From contig OMIN01000058.1 in NCBI GenBank assembly GCA_900299145.1, positions 3,843 through 67,842 on the forward strand: 64,000 nt of DNA, read 5' to 3'. This document shows, one piece after another, positions 36,591-46,314 of this stretch. A program made the position numbers and the translations under genes. Within the stretch, counting starts at the first letter, position 1. Each line of letters begins with the position of its first letter. The notes below the pieces were generated by a model. That model saw nothing but the letters and a program-made list of their open reading frames with translations, searched no databases and was not told the origin of the DNA. This stretch comes from Betaproteobacteria bacterium. GTDB lineage: Bacteria; Pseudomonadota; Gammaproteobacteria; Burkholderiales; SG8-41.

Positions 36591-36800
36591 CTATGTTTTC
36601 GCTTTTGCTTTCGCGTTCGCCGTGACTTTCGCCTTGCTCTTAATTCGGCGTATCACCACGGCAGCGGTCACCACGGCCGCCGTCAGTAACGCATAGTCCC
36701 ACTCGTGAAAATGTAATGCCGCTGCGCTATGGCCGGTGTGCGCTAGCGCTTCACCGCTGGCCAGTATTGCGGCGATCAGGATTTTGTTGATTTTGTGCAT
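36591..36800 (-). CDS. Small exported His-rich single-TM protein at the 3' end of the urease operon (mini HupE/UreJ-like N-terminus?)
   Basis: GAGGGG RBS. Signal peptide ...ASGEALA followed by [15 protein letters not shown], one TM helix and a Lys-rich tail. Overlaps the ureG 3' end by 25 nt. Confidence 0.45.
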   Translation of the reverse strand: MHKINKILIAAILASGEALAHTGHSAAALHFHEWDYALLTAAVVTAAVVIRRIKSKAKVTANAKAKAKT

Positions 36801-37438
36801 GGCAACCCCTCGGTTTCGATAAAGCGTATAACGGTATCCAGATTTTTGCCGGTCTTAAGGTTAGTAAAGACAAACGGTTTTTCCCCGCGCATTTTTTTCG
36901 CGTCGCGATCCATCACCTCGAGCGATGCGCCCACCATCGGCGCCAGATCGATTTTATTGATCACCAGCAGATCGGATTTGGTGATGCCCGGCCCGCCTTT
37001 GCGCGGTATTTTATCGCCGGCGGCGACGTCGATCACGTAAAGCGTCAAATCGGACAACTCCGGACTGAAGGTCGCGGCAAGGTTATCACCGCCCGATTCG
37101 ATGATAATGAGGTCCAGCGCCTCGAAGCGGCGATTCAGCCGCGCCACGGCTTCGAGATTGATTGACGCATCTTCGCGGATCGCCGTGTGCGGGCAGCCGC
37201 CGGTTTCAACACCGATAATACGCTCCGGCGCCAGAGCCTCGTTGCGCACCAGAAACTGTGCGTCTTCCTCGGTGTAAATATCGTTGGTAACGACGGCGAT
37301 ATTGTATTTGTCGCGAAGTGCGCGACACAGCGACAGCGTCAGCGCCGTTTTGCCGGAGCCGACCGGGCCGCCGATGCCGATGCGCAAGGGTTGCAATGGT
37401 TGCAAGGATTGCGGGGGTAGTGTGGCGTTTGTATTCAT
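36776..37438 (-). CDS. ureG: Urease accessory GTPase UreG
   Basis: GPVGSGKT P-loop, ETGGCPH, ESGGDNL motifs. Confidence 0.95.
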   Translation of the reverse strand: MNTNATLPPQSLQPLQPLRIGIGGPVGSGKTALTLSLCRALRDKYNIAVVTNDIYTEEDAQFLVRNEALAPERIIGVETGGCPHTAIREDASINLEAVARLNRRFEALDLIIIESGGDNLAATFSPELSDLTLYVIDVAAGDKIPRKGGPGITKSDLLVINKIDLAPMVGASLEVMDRDAKKMRGEKPFVFTNLKTGKNLDTVIRFIETEGLPCTKSTKS

Positions 37439-38139
37439 GAGCGGAACAATCTGCTGTATTGCGTTTCGTGTTGGCTGGAGAGCATTGCGAAATGCGGCGC
37501 GAAATTACCGAGTTCGCCGTCGGCAAGTGTGACGGCCGTCTGCGCCACTGCGTCGAGCCGCGCGCCCAGCGCGAGCAATATTTTTTGCCCGTTGGTTTGG
37601 CCCAGCGGCACGGCCTTGAGTGCAGCCATCACCTGATTCTCGAGCCAGCTCCACAGATAGGCAGTGAGCGCAGTCGTCGGCTCGATTTGCCATTGGGTGG
37701 CAGCACAGGCGTACGCTGCGGGATATGCCGGTTCATCAAGCGATTGCAATTGCTTGAACGCAGTTGCGCAGCCATCACCAGCATCATCGAGTTCATGTAA
37801 CAGCCGCGCCAGCGAATAACCCATTTGCACGGTTTCCGCGCGCAACTCGGCGGTCTCTCGGCTGGCGAGAAACAGCGCGTTCCAGTGTTCGACAGCGGCC
37901 AAATCCTTTTGCGCCCACGCCTGCATCAGCCGCAGCAGCAACGGTGCTTCCATGGCGGCGACGGAGAGTTCCAGCACGTCACCTATCCATGTTTGCGCGC
38001 TGGCGGCGTCGCTCACAATGCCGGCTTCAACGGCAGCCTCCAGACCCTGCGAATAGCTGTAGGCACCCACCGGCAGCGTGGGGCTGGCCAGTTGCAGCAG
38101 GCGGGCGAGACGAGAATTTCTTGTGGCTGGAACAATCAT
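37435..38139 (-). CDS. ureF: Urease accessory protein UreF
   Basis: [21 protein letters not shown] signature. Position between ureE and ureG. ATGA-type overlap with ureG. Confidence 0.9.
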   Translation of the reverse strand: MIVPATRNSRLARLLQLASPTLPVGAYSYSQGLEAAVEAGIVSDAASAQTWIGDVLELSVAAMEAPLLLRLMQAWAQKDLAAVEHWNALFLASRETAELRAETVQMGYSLARLLHELDDAGDGCATAFKQLQSLDEPAYPAAYACAATQWQIEPTTALTAYLWSWLENQVMAALKAVPLGQTNGQKILLALGARLDAVAQTAVTLADGELGNFAPHFAMLSSQHETQYSRLFRS

Positions 38140-38148
38140 AACTATTTG

Positions 38149-38175
38149 TTTTTATTAAATTTTTTCATACTCGTG
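38149..38175 (+). repeat. AT-rich dispersed repeat, copy J
   Basis: TAACTATTTGTTTTTATTAAATTTTTT. Fills the ureE-ureF junction on the antisense strand. Confidence 0.9.
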
Positions 38176-38655
38176 AATGCGGCCTATGTGCGTGCCTTCG
38201 GTGCCGTGATGATGGCCGCTGGTGTGACTGTGGTTGCCATACGCGCCCGCCTCCGGCTCGAACGGCGCGAGCATCGGCTTCACTGTCGCACCCAACCCGT
38301 GCAGCATTAGTGCCAGCACATGATCGGCGGCGATGCGCAAAAAACCGTCGCCCACCTGTACCGGCACATGGCGGTTGCCAAGATGGTATGCGGCACGCGC
38401 AAGTGCCGTGGCGTCGGCGCATTCGATATGCAGCACGTCTTCGGGTTGCGCAATCACCTCGACAATACGCCCATCGCTCGCCAGCAATTTATCACCGCCG
38501 CGCAGAATGTCACCGCGCGGCAACAGCAGCCAGGCATCCTCGCCATCCGCGAGCTTCGTGCGCAAACGGCTTTTCCGCCGCAGATCGAAAGGCAACTGCA
38601 GTCGCGCCTGTGCGGCTCGGCTGTCGTTCGAAAGTTTGCCTGTCAGCTCGACCAT
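38155..38655 (-). CDS. ureE: Urease accessory metallochaperone UreE
   Basis: AYHLGNRH motif and His-rich C-terminus ([10 protein letters not shown]). Start ATG 38655 overlaps the ureC stop (TGATG). Confidence 0.9.
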   Translation of the reverse strand: MVELTGKLSNDSRAAQARLQLPFDLRRKSRLRTKLADGEDAWLLLPRGDILRGGDKLLASDGRIVEVIAQPEDVLHIECADATALARAAYHLGNRHVPVQVGDGFLRIAADHVLALMLHGLGATVKPMLAPFEPEAGAYGNHSHTSGHHHGTEGTHIGRIHEYEKI

Positions 38656-40352
38656 CAGAATAAAAAATACCGTTGCGCCATTGGCAGCAGCTTGGCGGGC
38701 TCGCACACCAGCAGTTCGCCATCGGCGTGCACTTCATAGGTTTCGGCATCGACGGTAATCTTCGGCTGCCAGTCGTTATGCACCATGTCTTTCTTGCCAA
38801 TTTTGCGCACGTTGCGAATGGCTTCGAGGGGCTTCATCAAGCCCAGCTTCCGCACGGCGGGGTTTTTCAGTGCGGCTTTGGAGACGAAGGTTAGCGACGT
38901 GTTCAGCGCCGTGCCAAAGCTGCCGAACATCGGCCGGTAATGCACCGGCTGTGGCGTGGGAATCGAAGCATTCGGGTCACCCATGGCGGCGGCGGCGATC
39001 ATGCCGCCCTTCAGAATCAAAAACGGTTTGACGCCGAAAAACGCCGGCTTCCACAACACCAGATCGGCGAGCTTGCCCGATTCGACCGACCCCACCACGT
39101 GCGAGATGCCGTGCGCGATAGCCGGGTTGATAGTGTACTTCGCCACGAAACGTTTCACGCGCGTGTTGTCGTGTTGCTTCGGATCGCCTTTGAGTGAACC
39201 GCGCTGCACTTTCATTTTGTGCGCGGTCTGCCAGGTGCGGATGATGACCTCGCCCACGCGGCCCATCGCCTGCGAGTCGGAGGACATCATCGAAAACGCG
39301 CCCAGGTCATGCAGAATGTCTTCGGCGGCAATGGTTTCCTTGCGGATGCGCGACTCGGCAAACGCCACGTCTTCCGCAATCGCCGGATCGAGGTGGTGGC
39401 ACACCATCAGCATGTCCAGATGCTCGGCAATGGTGTTCACCGTGTACGGCATAGTCGGGTTAGTCGACGACGGCAGCACGTTGGCTTCGCCGCACACCTT
39501 GATAATGTCGGGCGCGTGGCCACCACCTGCGCCCTCGGTGTGAAAGGTGCAGATGGCGCGGCCCTTCATCGCCGCCACCGTGGTTTCGACAAAGCCGGAT
39601 TCGTTAAGTGTGTCGGTGTGGATCGCCACCTGCACATCCATTTTGTCGGCGACTGAAAGACAGTTGTCGATGGCCGCCGGCGTGGTGCCCCAGTCCTCGT
39701 GCAGCTTCAGGCCGATGGCGCCGGCGTCAATTTGTTCCTTCAAAGGTGCGGGCTGGCTGACGTTGCCCTTGCCGAGAAAACCGAGATTCATCGGGAATGC
39801 ATCGGCCGCACGCAACATCGAATGGATGTGCCACGGCCCCGGCGTGCAGGTGGTCGCAAACGTGCCGGTGGCGGGGCCGGTGCCGCCGCCGATCATGGTA
39901 GTCACGCCCGACATCAGCGCCTCTTCGATTTGCTGCGGGCAAATGAAATGAATGTGCGTGTCGATGCCGCCGGCGGTGACGATCATGCCTTCGCCGGCAA
40001 TGATCTCGGTGGCCGCGCCGATGGGGATGGTGATCGCGGGTTGGATATCCGGATTGCCGGCCTTGCCAATTTTCCAGATGCGGCCCTTTTTGATGCCGAT
40101 GTCGGCCTTGACGATGCCCCAGTGGTCGATGATCAATGCGTTGGTAATCACCGTGTCGGCAACTTTCGCCGAGGCGAGCTGGCTCTGCCCCATGCCATCG
40201 CGGATCACCTTGCCGCCGCCGAATTTCACTTCTTCGCCATAGGTGGTGAAATCTCTTTCGACTTCAATCCACAAATCGGTGTCGGCAAGCCGCACCCGGT
40301 CGCCGGTAGTGGGGCCAAACATTTCGGTATAGGCCTGGCGGGAGATTTTCAT
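38655..40352 (-). CDS. ureC: Urease subunit alpha
   Basis: Full-length match to urease alpha ([39 protein letters not shown]). Confidence 0.97.
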   Translation of the reverse strand: MKISRQAYTEMFGPTTGDRVRLADTDLWIEVERDFTTYGEEVKFGGGKVIRDGMGQSQLASAKVADTVITNALIIDHWGIVKADIGIKKGRIWKIGKAGNPDIQPAITIPIGAATEIIAGEGMIVTAGGIDTHIHFICPQQIEEALMSGVTTMIGGGTGPATGTFATTCTPGPWHIHSMLRAADAFPMNLGFLGKGNVSQPAPLKEQIDAGAIGLKLHEDWGTTPAAIDNCLSVADKMDVQVAIHTDTLNESGFVETTVAAMKGRAICTFHTEGAGGGHAPDIIKVCGEANVLPSSTNPTMPYTVNTIAEHLDMLMVCHHLDPAIAEDVAFAESRIRKETIAAEDILHDLGAFSMMSSDSQAMGRVGEVIIRTWQTAHKMKVQRGSLKGDPKQHDNTRVKRFVAKYTINPAIAHGISHVVGSVESGKLADLVLWKPAFFGVKPFLILKGGMIAAAAMGDPNASIPTPQPVHYRPMFGSFGTALNTSLTFVSKAALKNPAVRKLGLMKPLEAIRNVRKIGKKDMVHNDWQPKITVDAETYEVHADGELLVCEPAKLLPMAQRYFLF

Positions 40353-40392
40353 GTTGATGTCACCTTGGATTCGTACTCGCCGCTCACCATTC

Positions 40393-40420
40393 CGTCGTTC
40401 CAGCGAAAGCTGGAACGACG
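40393..40420 (-). other. Perfect 12-bp stem / 4-nt loop hairpin in the ureB-ureC spacer
   Basis: CGTCGTTCCAGC-GAAA-GCTGGAACGACG on the plus strand (loop UUUC in the mRNA). No following U-tract, so it is not a classical terminator. Confidence 0.7.
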
Positions 40421-40436
40421 AGGGGGACGCAAATAA

Positions 40437-40742
40437 TCATAAGCGTCCCATGATCTTTCCAGCAAAACCAAACACCTTGCGCCCGCCCGCCAGCGCCACC
40501 AGCTGCACCGTGCGCGACTGCCCCGGCTCAAAGCGTACCGCCGTGCCTGCCGCGATGTTCAACCGATAGCCGCGCGCCTTTTTGCGGTCAAACTTGAGCG
40601 CCTCGTTGGTCTCGAAAAAGTGGTAGTGCGAGCCGACCTGTATCGGGCGGTCACCGCTGTTGGTGACTGCCAACGAGACGGTTTTGCGCCCCACGTTGAG
40701 TTCGATGTCGCCTGCCGCCGCCTGCATTTCACCGGGAATCAT
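40437..40742 (-). CDS. ureB: Urease subunit beta
   Basis: MIPGE...[16 protein letters not shown] signature. Confidence 0.95.
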   Translation of the reverse strand: MIPGEMQAAAGDIELNVGRKTVSLAVTNSGDRPIQVGSHYHFFETNEALKFDRKKARGYRLNIAAGTAVRFEPGQSRTVQLVALAGGRKVFGFAGKIMGRL

Positions 40743-40761
40743 GATTGGCTCGGTAATGATA

Positions 40762-40789
40762 TAAGTATTTGTTTTTATTTAATATTTTT
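40762..40789 (+). repeat. AT-rich dispersed repeat, copy K
   Basis: TAAGTATTTGTTTTTATTTAATATTTTT. Fills the ureA-ureB junction on the antisense strand. Confidence 0.9.
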
Positions 40790-41090
40790 AAATTATCGGG
40801 TTGTGCACCGTGACCAATTTGGTGCCATCCGGAAACGTCGCTTCAATCTGGATTTCAGGAATCATTTCCGCCACCCCCTCCATCACGTCATCGCGGGCGA
40901 GCAGGGTCGCACCCCAGCCCATGAGTTCAGAAACGGATTTTCCGTCACGCGCGCCTTCCATGATCGCGGCGCTGATAAATGCGACGGCTTCGGGATAATT
41001 CAGTTTCAGGCCGCGTGCCTTACGCCGCTCCGCTAGCAGACCAGCGGTGAAAATCAGCAACTTGTCTTTTTCTCTGGGCGTCAATTCCAT
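40788..41090 (-). CDS. ureA: Urease subunit gamma
   Basis: [35 protein letters not shown] signature. Confidence 0.95.
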   Translation of the reverse strand: MELTPREKDKLLIFTAGLLAERRKARGLKLNYPEAVAFISAAIMEGARDGKSVSELMGWGATLLARDDVMEGVAEMIPEIQIEATFPDGTKLVTVHNPII

Positions 41091-41110
41091 TGGCGTTCCT
41101 TACGTGCTGC

Positions 41111-41983
41111 TTATGTGTTCCAAATGCGCGGTACGATTGCCGGCCGTCCCATGAGAACGGGCCGCAGCAACTGCCACAATGCCACGAAATAGCTTTTTGC
41201 CGCCTCGCTCGAATGCCCCAGATAGCGCGCGACCAGCAGGCCCGGCAACCGCGTAACCGCCGTGTCGCCCGATTTCGCCGTGACCGCGCGGCATGCATTC
41301 AGATCGAGCGCTTCCGGATTTTCCGTAACGGCAATCAACGTGCCACACACGCTATTGCCGCTTAACCCCGCCGCCGATTGCATCAGCAAGCCGCCAGCGT
41401 CGATGCGCGCTCGTTCCAGCCAAAGCGGCTTGCCGCCACGCGAAACCCGCACGCTGGCGTGGCACTGCCCACGCGTAAAGCGCTCGCCTGATCCCGAGCG
41501 GCCAAGGCACAACACGTCCCAGCCGATGTAGCTCGCGCCTGGCGCGAGTTGAACCTCGGTGTCCGGTTGCGCCAGCGCGCCGTCATACACAATGGTTTCC
41601 TGCGGCAGATATTCGAGGCACGCGCCGGTTGCAACCACAAAGTGGTTGTACTGCCGTGCCCATGCGCCGGCGGAACGGTACCACTTGGCCGCGCCCGGCG
41701 TGGTAAGCAGTGCGTGCGCCGCTTCGCCCACGCGGACATCGACTTCGAGGCTGTCGCCACCGGCAATGCCGGCCGGCGGATGCACGATGATGTTGTGACA
41801 CACCGCATCGCCTTCAGGATAGAGCGCCTTTTGCACCACCAGAGGGCCATCGTGTCGGCGCCTGGCAAGCACGGTGCGCGCTCGGCCTGCCTGGTCACGT
41901 TGCGCGTATTCGAGTGCAAGGTGCGCGCGCCAGCCTGCGTTGCTGGCGGCCGCGTTGGTAAAAGGAGGATCGGCAATGTGCAT
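41111..41983 (-). CDS. ureD: Urease accessory protein UreD/UreH
   Basis: Position ahead of ureA. Pattern fits (L.......G.T.L.....GPL.VQK.LYPEG....H..I.HPP.G..GGD). Confidence 0.85.
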   Translation of the reverse strand: MHIADPPFTNAAASNAGWRAHLALEYAQRDQAGRARTVLARRRHDGPLVVQKALYPEGDAVCHNIIVHPPAGIAGGDSLEVDVRVGEAAHALLTTPGAAKWYRSAGAWARQYNHFVVATGACLEYLPQETIVYDGALAQPDTEVQLAPGASYIGWDVLCLGRSGSGERFTRGQCHASVRVSRGGKPLWLERARIDAGGLLMQSAAGLSGNSVCGTLIAVTENPEALDLNACRAVTAKSGDTAVTRLPGLLVARYLGHSSEAAKSYFVALWQLLRPVLMGRPAIVPRIWNT

Positions 41984-41990
41984 ACGGCCA

Positions 41991-42683
41991 TCATACCGCC
42001 AGCAGCGCCCTCACGTCGTTTTTGTCCATATCGGCGCCAGCGCCGCGCGCGATGATTTCGCCGCGCTCCATGACCAGATACTGATCGGCCAGCGAGCGTG
42101 CGAAATCGTAATATTGCTCGCACAACAAAATCGACATGTCGCCGCCGGCTGCCAGCGTGCGGATGGCGCGTTCGATGTCCTTGATGATCGACGGCTGGAT
42201 GCCTTCGGTCGGCTCGTCGAGTATCAGCAGCTTCGGGTTCATTGCCAGCGCGCGGCCGATCGCCAGTTGCTGCTGCTGGCCGCCGGACAAATCACCCCCG
42301 CGGCGTTTCATCATCTGCCTTAAAACGGGGAACATTTCATGAATGCGGTCGGGCACGCGCGCGCCGCGCGGCCGCGTGGCGAGCCCCATGTCCAGATTTT
42401 CGGCGACAGTCAGCCGCGCGAAAATGTCGCGCCCCTGCGGTACATAACCCAGTCCTGCGCGTGCGCGTTCATAAGGCGCGGCATGAGTAATGTCCTGGCC
42501 GTCAAAAGTAATGGCGCCGCTTCTAACCGGCACCAGTCCCATCAGCGATTTGAGCAGCGTCGTCTTGCCCACGCCGTTGCGGCCCAGCAGCACGGTGACT
42601 TTGCCCGCGGGCGCCTCAAACGCGAGATCGCGCAGGATGTGGCTGCCACCGTAGTACTGATTGAGACCTTGCACTGTCAGCAT
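41991..42683 (-). CDS. urtE: Urea ABC transporter ATP-binding protein UrtE
   Basis: Branched-chain LivF-like ATPase (GRNGVGKTT, LSGGQQQ). Last gene of the urt set. Start ATG 42683 after GAGGG. Confidence 0.85.
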   Translation of the reverse strand: MLTVQGLNQYYGGSHILRDLAFEAPAGKVTVLLGRNGVGKTTLLKSLMGLVPVRSGAITFDGQDITHAAPYERARAGLGYVPQGRDIFARLTVAENLDMGLATRPRGARVPDRIHEMFPVLRQMMKRRGGDLSGGQQQQLAIGRALAMNPKLLILDEPTEGIQPSIIKDIERAIRTLAAGGDMSILLCEQYYDFARSLADQYLVMERGEIIARGAGADMDKNDVRALLAV

Positions 42684-42696
42684 GTCAGCGCCCTCA

Positions 42697-43554
42697 TCAC
42701 CGGCCCAAGTAGACTTCAATCACTCGCGGATCGTTCTGCACTTCATTCATCGCGCCCTCGGCGAGCACGCTACCTTCGTGCAGCACCGTCACCTTGCGCG
42801 CAATTTTGTCCACAAACGCCATGTCATGTTCCACCACCACCAGCGAGTGTTTGCCGGCCAGCGTCAGAAACAGTTCAGCGGTGCGCTCGGTTTCATCATC
42901 GCTCATGCCGGCGACCGGCTCATCGAGCAGCAGCAGCCTGGGTTCCTGCATTAACAGCATGCCGATTTCGAGCCATTGCTTTTGCCCGTGTGATAACAGG
43001 CCCGCCAGGCGATCGGCGCTATCGGTGAGGCGGACGAGCGTCAGCATCTCGGCGATGCGGTCACGCTCGGCGCTGGACAGCCGCGCAAACAGCGTCTTGC
43101 GCACGCGCTTGTCGGCTTTCATCGACAACTCCAGATTCTCGAACACCGTATGCTGCTCGAAAATGGTTGGCTTCTGAAACTTGCGGCCGATCCCGGCCTG
43201 CGCGATCTCGACTTCAGAATATTGTTTTAAATCAATGGTTTGTCCAAAGAACGCAGTGCCGGAGTCGGCACGCGTTTTGCCTGTGATGACATCCATCATG
43301 GTGGTCTTGCCCGCGCCGTTAGGGCCGATCACGCAACGCAGTTCGCCCACGTCGATGGACAGGGACAAATTGTTAAGCGCCTTGAAGCCGTCAAAGCTCA
43401 CGCAAATGTTGTCCAGGTACAGCACCACGCCGTGCGAGGTGTCGAGTTGCCCGGGTTTTAGCACACGGCCGTAAGACGACGCTGCATCGTCCATGGCCTT
43501 GCGCCTGTGACGCTCCGGGATTTCCACCGGTGGCGGCCACATCCATGCGGTCAT
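42697..43554 (-). CDS. urtD: Urea ABC transporter ATP-binding protein UrtD
   Basis: LivG-like ATPase (GPNGAGKTT, LSHGQKQWLEIG). ATG 43554 overlaps the urtC stop (ATGA). The rest of the 517-aa track ORF is an out-of-frame read across urtC. Confidence 0.85.
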   Translation of the reverse strand: MTAWMWPPPVEIPERHRRKAMDDAASSYGRVLKPGQLDTSHGVVLYLDNICVSFDGFKALNNLSLSIDVGELRCVIGPNGAGKTTMMDVITGKTRADSGTAFFGQTIDLKQYSEVEIAQAGIGRKFQKPTIFEQHTVFENLELSMKADKRVRKTLFARLSSAERDRIAEMLTLVRLTDSADRLAGLLSHGQKQWLEIGMLLMQEPRLLLLDEPVAGMSDDETERTAELFLTLAGKHSLVVVEHDMAFVDKIARKVTVLHEGSVLAEGAMNEVQNDPRVIEVYLGR

Positions 43555-44651
43555 TTTCCACTCCGTGATTTGTTGAGCAGGCCGACGATGCCTTGCGGCA
43601 TGAACAGCGTGACCAGGATGAACATCATGCCCAGCACATACAGCCAGTATTCCGGAAACACCTGCGTGAAAAAGCTCTTGGCGCCGTTGACCACGCCCGC
43701 GCCGGCGATGGCGCCAGCGAGCGTGCCGCGGCCGCCCACCGCCACCCAGATGGCGATTTCTATCGAGTTCGCCGGCGACATTTCGCCAGGGTTGATGATG
43801 CCGACCTGCGTTACATAGAGCGCGCCAGCAATGCCGCATAGCACCGCGGAAAGCGTCCATATAAAAAGCTTGTAGTGCAGTGTGTTGTAACCGCAGAACA
43901 TCACGCGCTGCTCGGCGTCGCGGATGGCCGCCAGCACGCGGCCAAATTTGGAGGTCACGAGATAACGGCCAAGCAATAAGGTCGCGATCAGCACCGCGCC
44001 GGTAAGCGTGAACAGTACCATGCGCGTTTGCGGCGTGGTGATCGGAAAGCCGAGAATACGCTTGAAGTCGGTGAAGCCGTTGTTGCCGCCAAAGCCGGTT
44101 TCGTTGCGGAAAAAAAGCAGCATCGCGGCAAAGGTCAAGGCCTGCGTGATGATCGAAAAATACACCCCTTTGATGCGCGAGCGAAATGCGAAGTAACCGA
44201 ACACGTAAGCCAGCAATCCTGGCACGGCCACGGCGAGCAGCAGCGCCCAAGCAAAGCTGTCGCTATTCCACCAATGCCACGGCAGTTCCTTCCAGTCGAG
44301 AAACACCATGAAGTCGGGCAACTCGGCGCGGTACTGCCCGTCGCGGCCGATCTGGCGCATCAGATACATGCCCATGCCGTAGCCGCCCAGCGCGAAAAAG
44401 AGGCCGTGGCCGAGCGACAGGATGCCGCAGTAACCCCAGATCAAGTCCATTGCCACCGCGACAATGGCGTAACACATGATTTTGCCGATCAGCGTTACCC
44501 AGTAGGCCGACAGCTGTAGCACGCTGTCCGCGGGCGCCAGCAGATTCAGCATGGGGAATGCCACGAACAGCACGCACCCCGCCGCCGCCAGCGCTGACCA
44601 GCCGCGCGCGCCGTACAGCAGTGTGAAGGTTGATGTTAGAGGCCCGCTCAT
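43551..44651 (-). CDS. urtC: Urea ABC transporter permease UrtC
   Basis: LivM-like polytopic permease. ATG 44651 overlaps the urtB stop (ATGA). Confidence 0.85.
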   Translation of the reverse strand: MSGPLTSTFTLLYGARGWSALAAAGCVLFVAFPMLNLLAPADSVLQLSAYWVTLIGKIMCYAIVAVAMDLIWGYCGILSLGHGLFFALGGYGMGMYLMRQIGRDGQYRAELPDFMVFLDWKELPWHWWNSDSFAWALLLAVAVPGLLAYVFGYFAFRSRIKGVYFSIITQALTFAAMLLFFRNETGFGGNNGFTDFKRILGFPITTPQTRMVLFTLTGAVLIATLLLGRYLVTSKFGRVLAAIRDAEQRVMFCGYNTLHYKLFIWTLSAVLCGIAGALYVTQVGIINPGEMSPANSIEIAIWVAVGGRGTLAGAIAGAGVVNGAKSFFTQVFPEYWLYVLGMMFILVTLFMPQGIVGLLNKSRSGK

Positions 44652-46231
44652 GTTTCCACCGAGCGCCCTTTCAGCGCAAACATGCCCTGCGGCCGCTTCT
44701 GGATAAACACGATGATGAACACCAGCACTGCGATTTTGGCGAGCACCGCGCCCGCCCACGATTCCAGCAGTTTGTTGGCGAAGCCCAACCCGAGTGCCGC
44801 GTAAACCGTTCCCGCCAGTTGTCCGACGCCGCCCAGCACTACCACCATGAAAGAGTCAACGATATAGGATTGGCCCAAGTCGGGCCCCACGTTGCCGATC
44901 TGCGACAGCGCGCAGCCCGCCAGTCCCGCGATGCCGGAACCCAGCCCGAACGCCAGCGTATCCACGCGCGCGGTGGGCACGCCCACGCAAGAAGCCATGC
45001 CGCGATTTTGTGTCACCCCGCGTATAAAAAGCCCCAGCCGAGTACGCGTCAGCAACAGCCACACGCCCGCCAGCACCGCACCGGCAAACGAGACAATGAC
45101 AATGCGGCTCCAAGGCAGCACCACGCCGCTCATGATCTCGATGCCGCCCGACATGAACGCGGGGTTCTCGACCTGCACGTTTTGCGCGCCGAAAATCGTA
45201 CGTACGGCCTGTATCAGCACCAGACTGATGCCCCATGTGGCGAGCAGGGTTTCTAGCGGCCGTCCGTACAGCCAGCGAATCACGGTGCGCTCAAGCACCA
45301 TGCCGACCAACGCGGCTACCGCAAACGCCACCGGTACGGCGCACAAGAGGTACCAATCGAACACAGAGGGCATATGCGCTTTAAACAGATTTTGCACCAC
45401 GAAGGTGGCGTAGGCCCCGATCATGATCAATTCGCCGTGGGCCATATTGATTACGCCCATCAAGCCGTAGGTAATGGCAAGTCCGAGTGCCGCGAGCAGC
45501 AGTATCGAACCCAGACTGACGCCGGCGAAAAGCAGTCCCGCGCGCTGGCCCCATGCCAGCCGTTTGTCGATTTGTTTCAGGCTATGCTTCGCTTCCAGTT
45601 TAACGTCGGGATCGGTCTCGTCTTCCAACACCGATAACAAGAGCGGCTTGGCATTGCCACCGCCGGATGTGCCGAGCGTGCGCACGGCCGAGAGGCGGGT
45701 TTTGGCGTCGCCGGCTTTCAATTCGAGTGTCGCGGCAATTTGCGCAAGCAGCGCGCGAATGTCCGTGTCGCCCTCTTTTTCCAGGGCCTTTTTCACCAGC
45801 GGCAGGGCGCTGGCGTCTGCACTGGCTGACAAGGCTTTGGCCGCCGCGAATCGTTGGGCGCGATCGGGCGATACCAGTTGCAAGGTCGCCACAGCGCCCT
45901 GCGCGGCGTTGCGCAGGCGGTTGTTGGCCACCACGTCTTCGCGCTCGGCCGGCAGTGCCGCCAGTTTTTCGCCGGTCACCGCGTCCACGGCGCTACCGCC
46001 CTTGACGATCAGCACGCGCTTGCCGGCGACCTGCAAGTCGCCCGAGGCCAGGGCGTCGAGAACTTCCACCGCCCGCGCATCGCCTTCGGTAATCAATGCG
46101 GCGATTGCCTCCAGGCGTTCTTCCCCGTCGCCGAGCGCGAGCTTTTCCACGGCAGCGCGATCCAGCGCCACGGCATGGGGCGTAGCGCACACAATGAGGG
46201 CACTTAACAGCACCAGAATAGTGAATTTCAT
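44648..46231 (-). CDS. urtB: Urea ABC transporter permease UrtB with a ~230-aa exported N-terminal helical-repeat extension
   Basis: C-terminal LivH-like permease. The N-terminus has a signal peptide (MKFTILVLLSALIVCATPHAVA) and repeated ...A..AL....D..A...L helical units. Confidence 0.85.
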   Translation of the reverse strand: MKFTILVLLSALIVCATPHAVALDRAAVEKLALGDGEERLEAIAALITEGDARAVEVLDALASGDLQVAGKRVLIVKGGSAVDAVTGEKLAALPAEREDVVANNRLRNAAQGAVATLQLVSPDRAQRFAAAKALSASADASALPLVKKALEKEGDTDIRALLAQIAATLELKAGDAKTRLSAVRTLGTSGGGNAKPLLLSVLEDETDPDVKLEAKHSLKQIDKRLAWGQRAGLLFAGVSLGSILLLAALGLAITYGLMGVINMAHGELIMIGAYATFVVQNLFKAHMPSVFDWYLLCAVPVAFAVAALVGMVLERTVIRWLYGRPLETLLATWGISLVLIQAVRTIFGAQNVQVENPAFMSGGIEIMSGVVLPWSRIVIVSFAGAVLAGVWLLLTRTRLGLFIRGVTQNRGMASCVGVPTARVDTLAFGLGSGIAGLAGCALSQIGNVGPDLGQSYIVDSFMVVVLGGVGQLAGTVYAALGLGFANKLLESWAGAVLAKIAVLVFIIVFIQKRPQGMFALKGRSVET

Positions 46232-46245
46232 TTTTTTCCGCGCAT

Positions 46246-46276
46246 AAAAAGGGAGCCTGAATCAAGCCCCCTTTTT
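46246..46276 (-). terminator. Intra-operon attenuator/terminator hairpin after urtA
   Basis: mRNA reads AAAAAGGGGGC-UUGAUUCAG-GCUCCCUUUUUA (6-bp stem with one G-U pair, followed by a U-run). A second perfect 7-bp hairpin GGCGGAG-N6-CTCCGCC lies at 46283..46302. Confidence 0.55.
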
Positions 46277-46314
46277 GTGCACGGCGGAGATTACGCTCCG
46301 CCGGTGCTACAAAA

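Noticed and set aside
43555-44250. N-terminal 230 residues of the 517-aa track ORF 42697..44250
   Set aside because: This part is an out-of-frame read across urtC. The UrtD ATPase begins at ATG 43554, which overlaps the urtC stop (ATGA).
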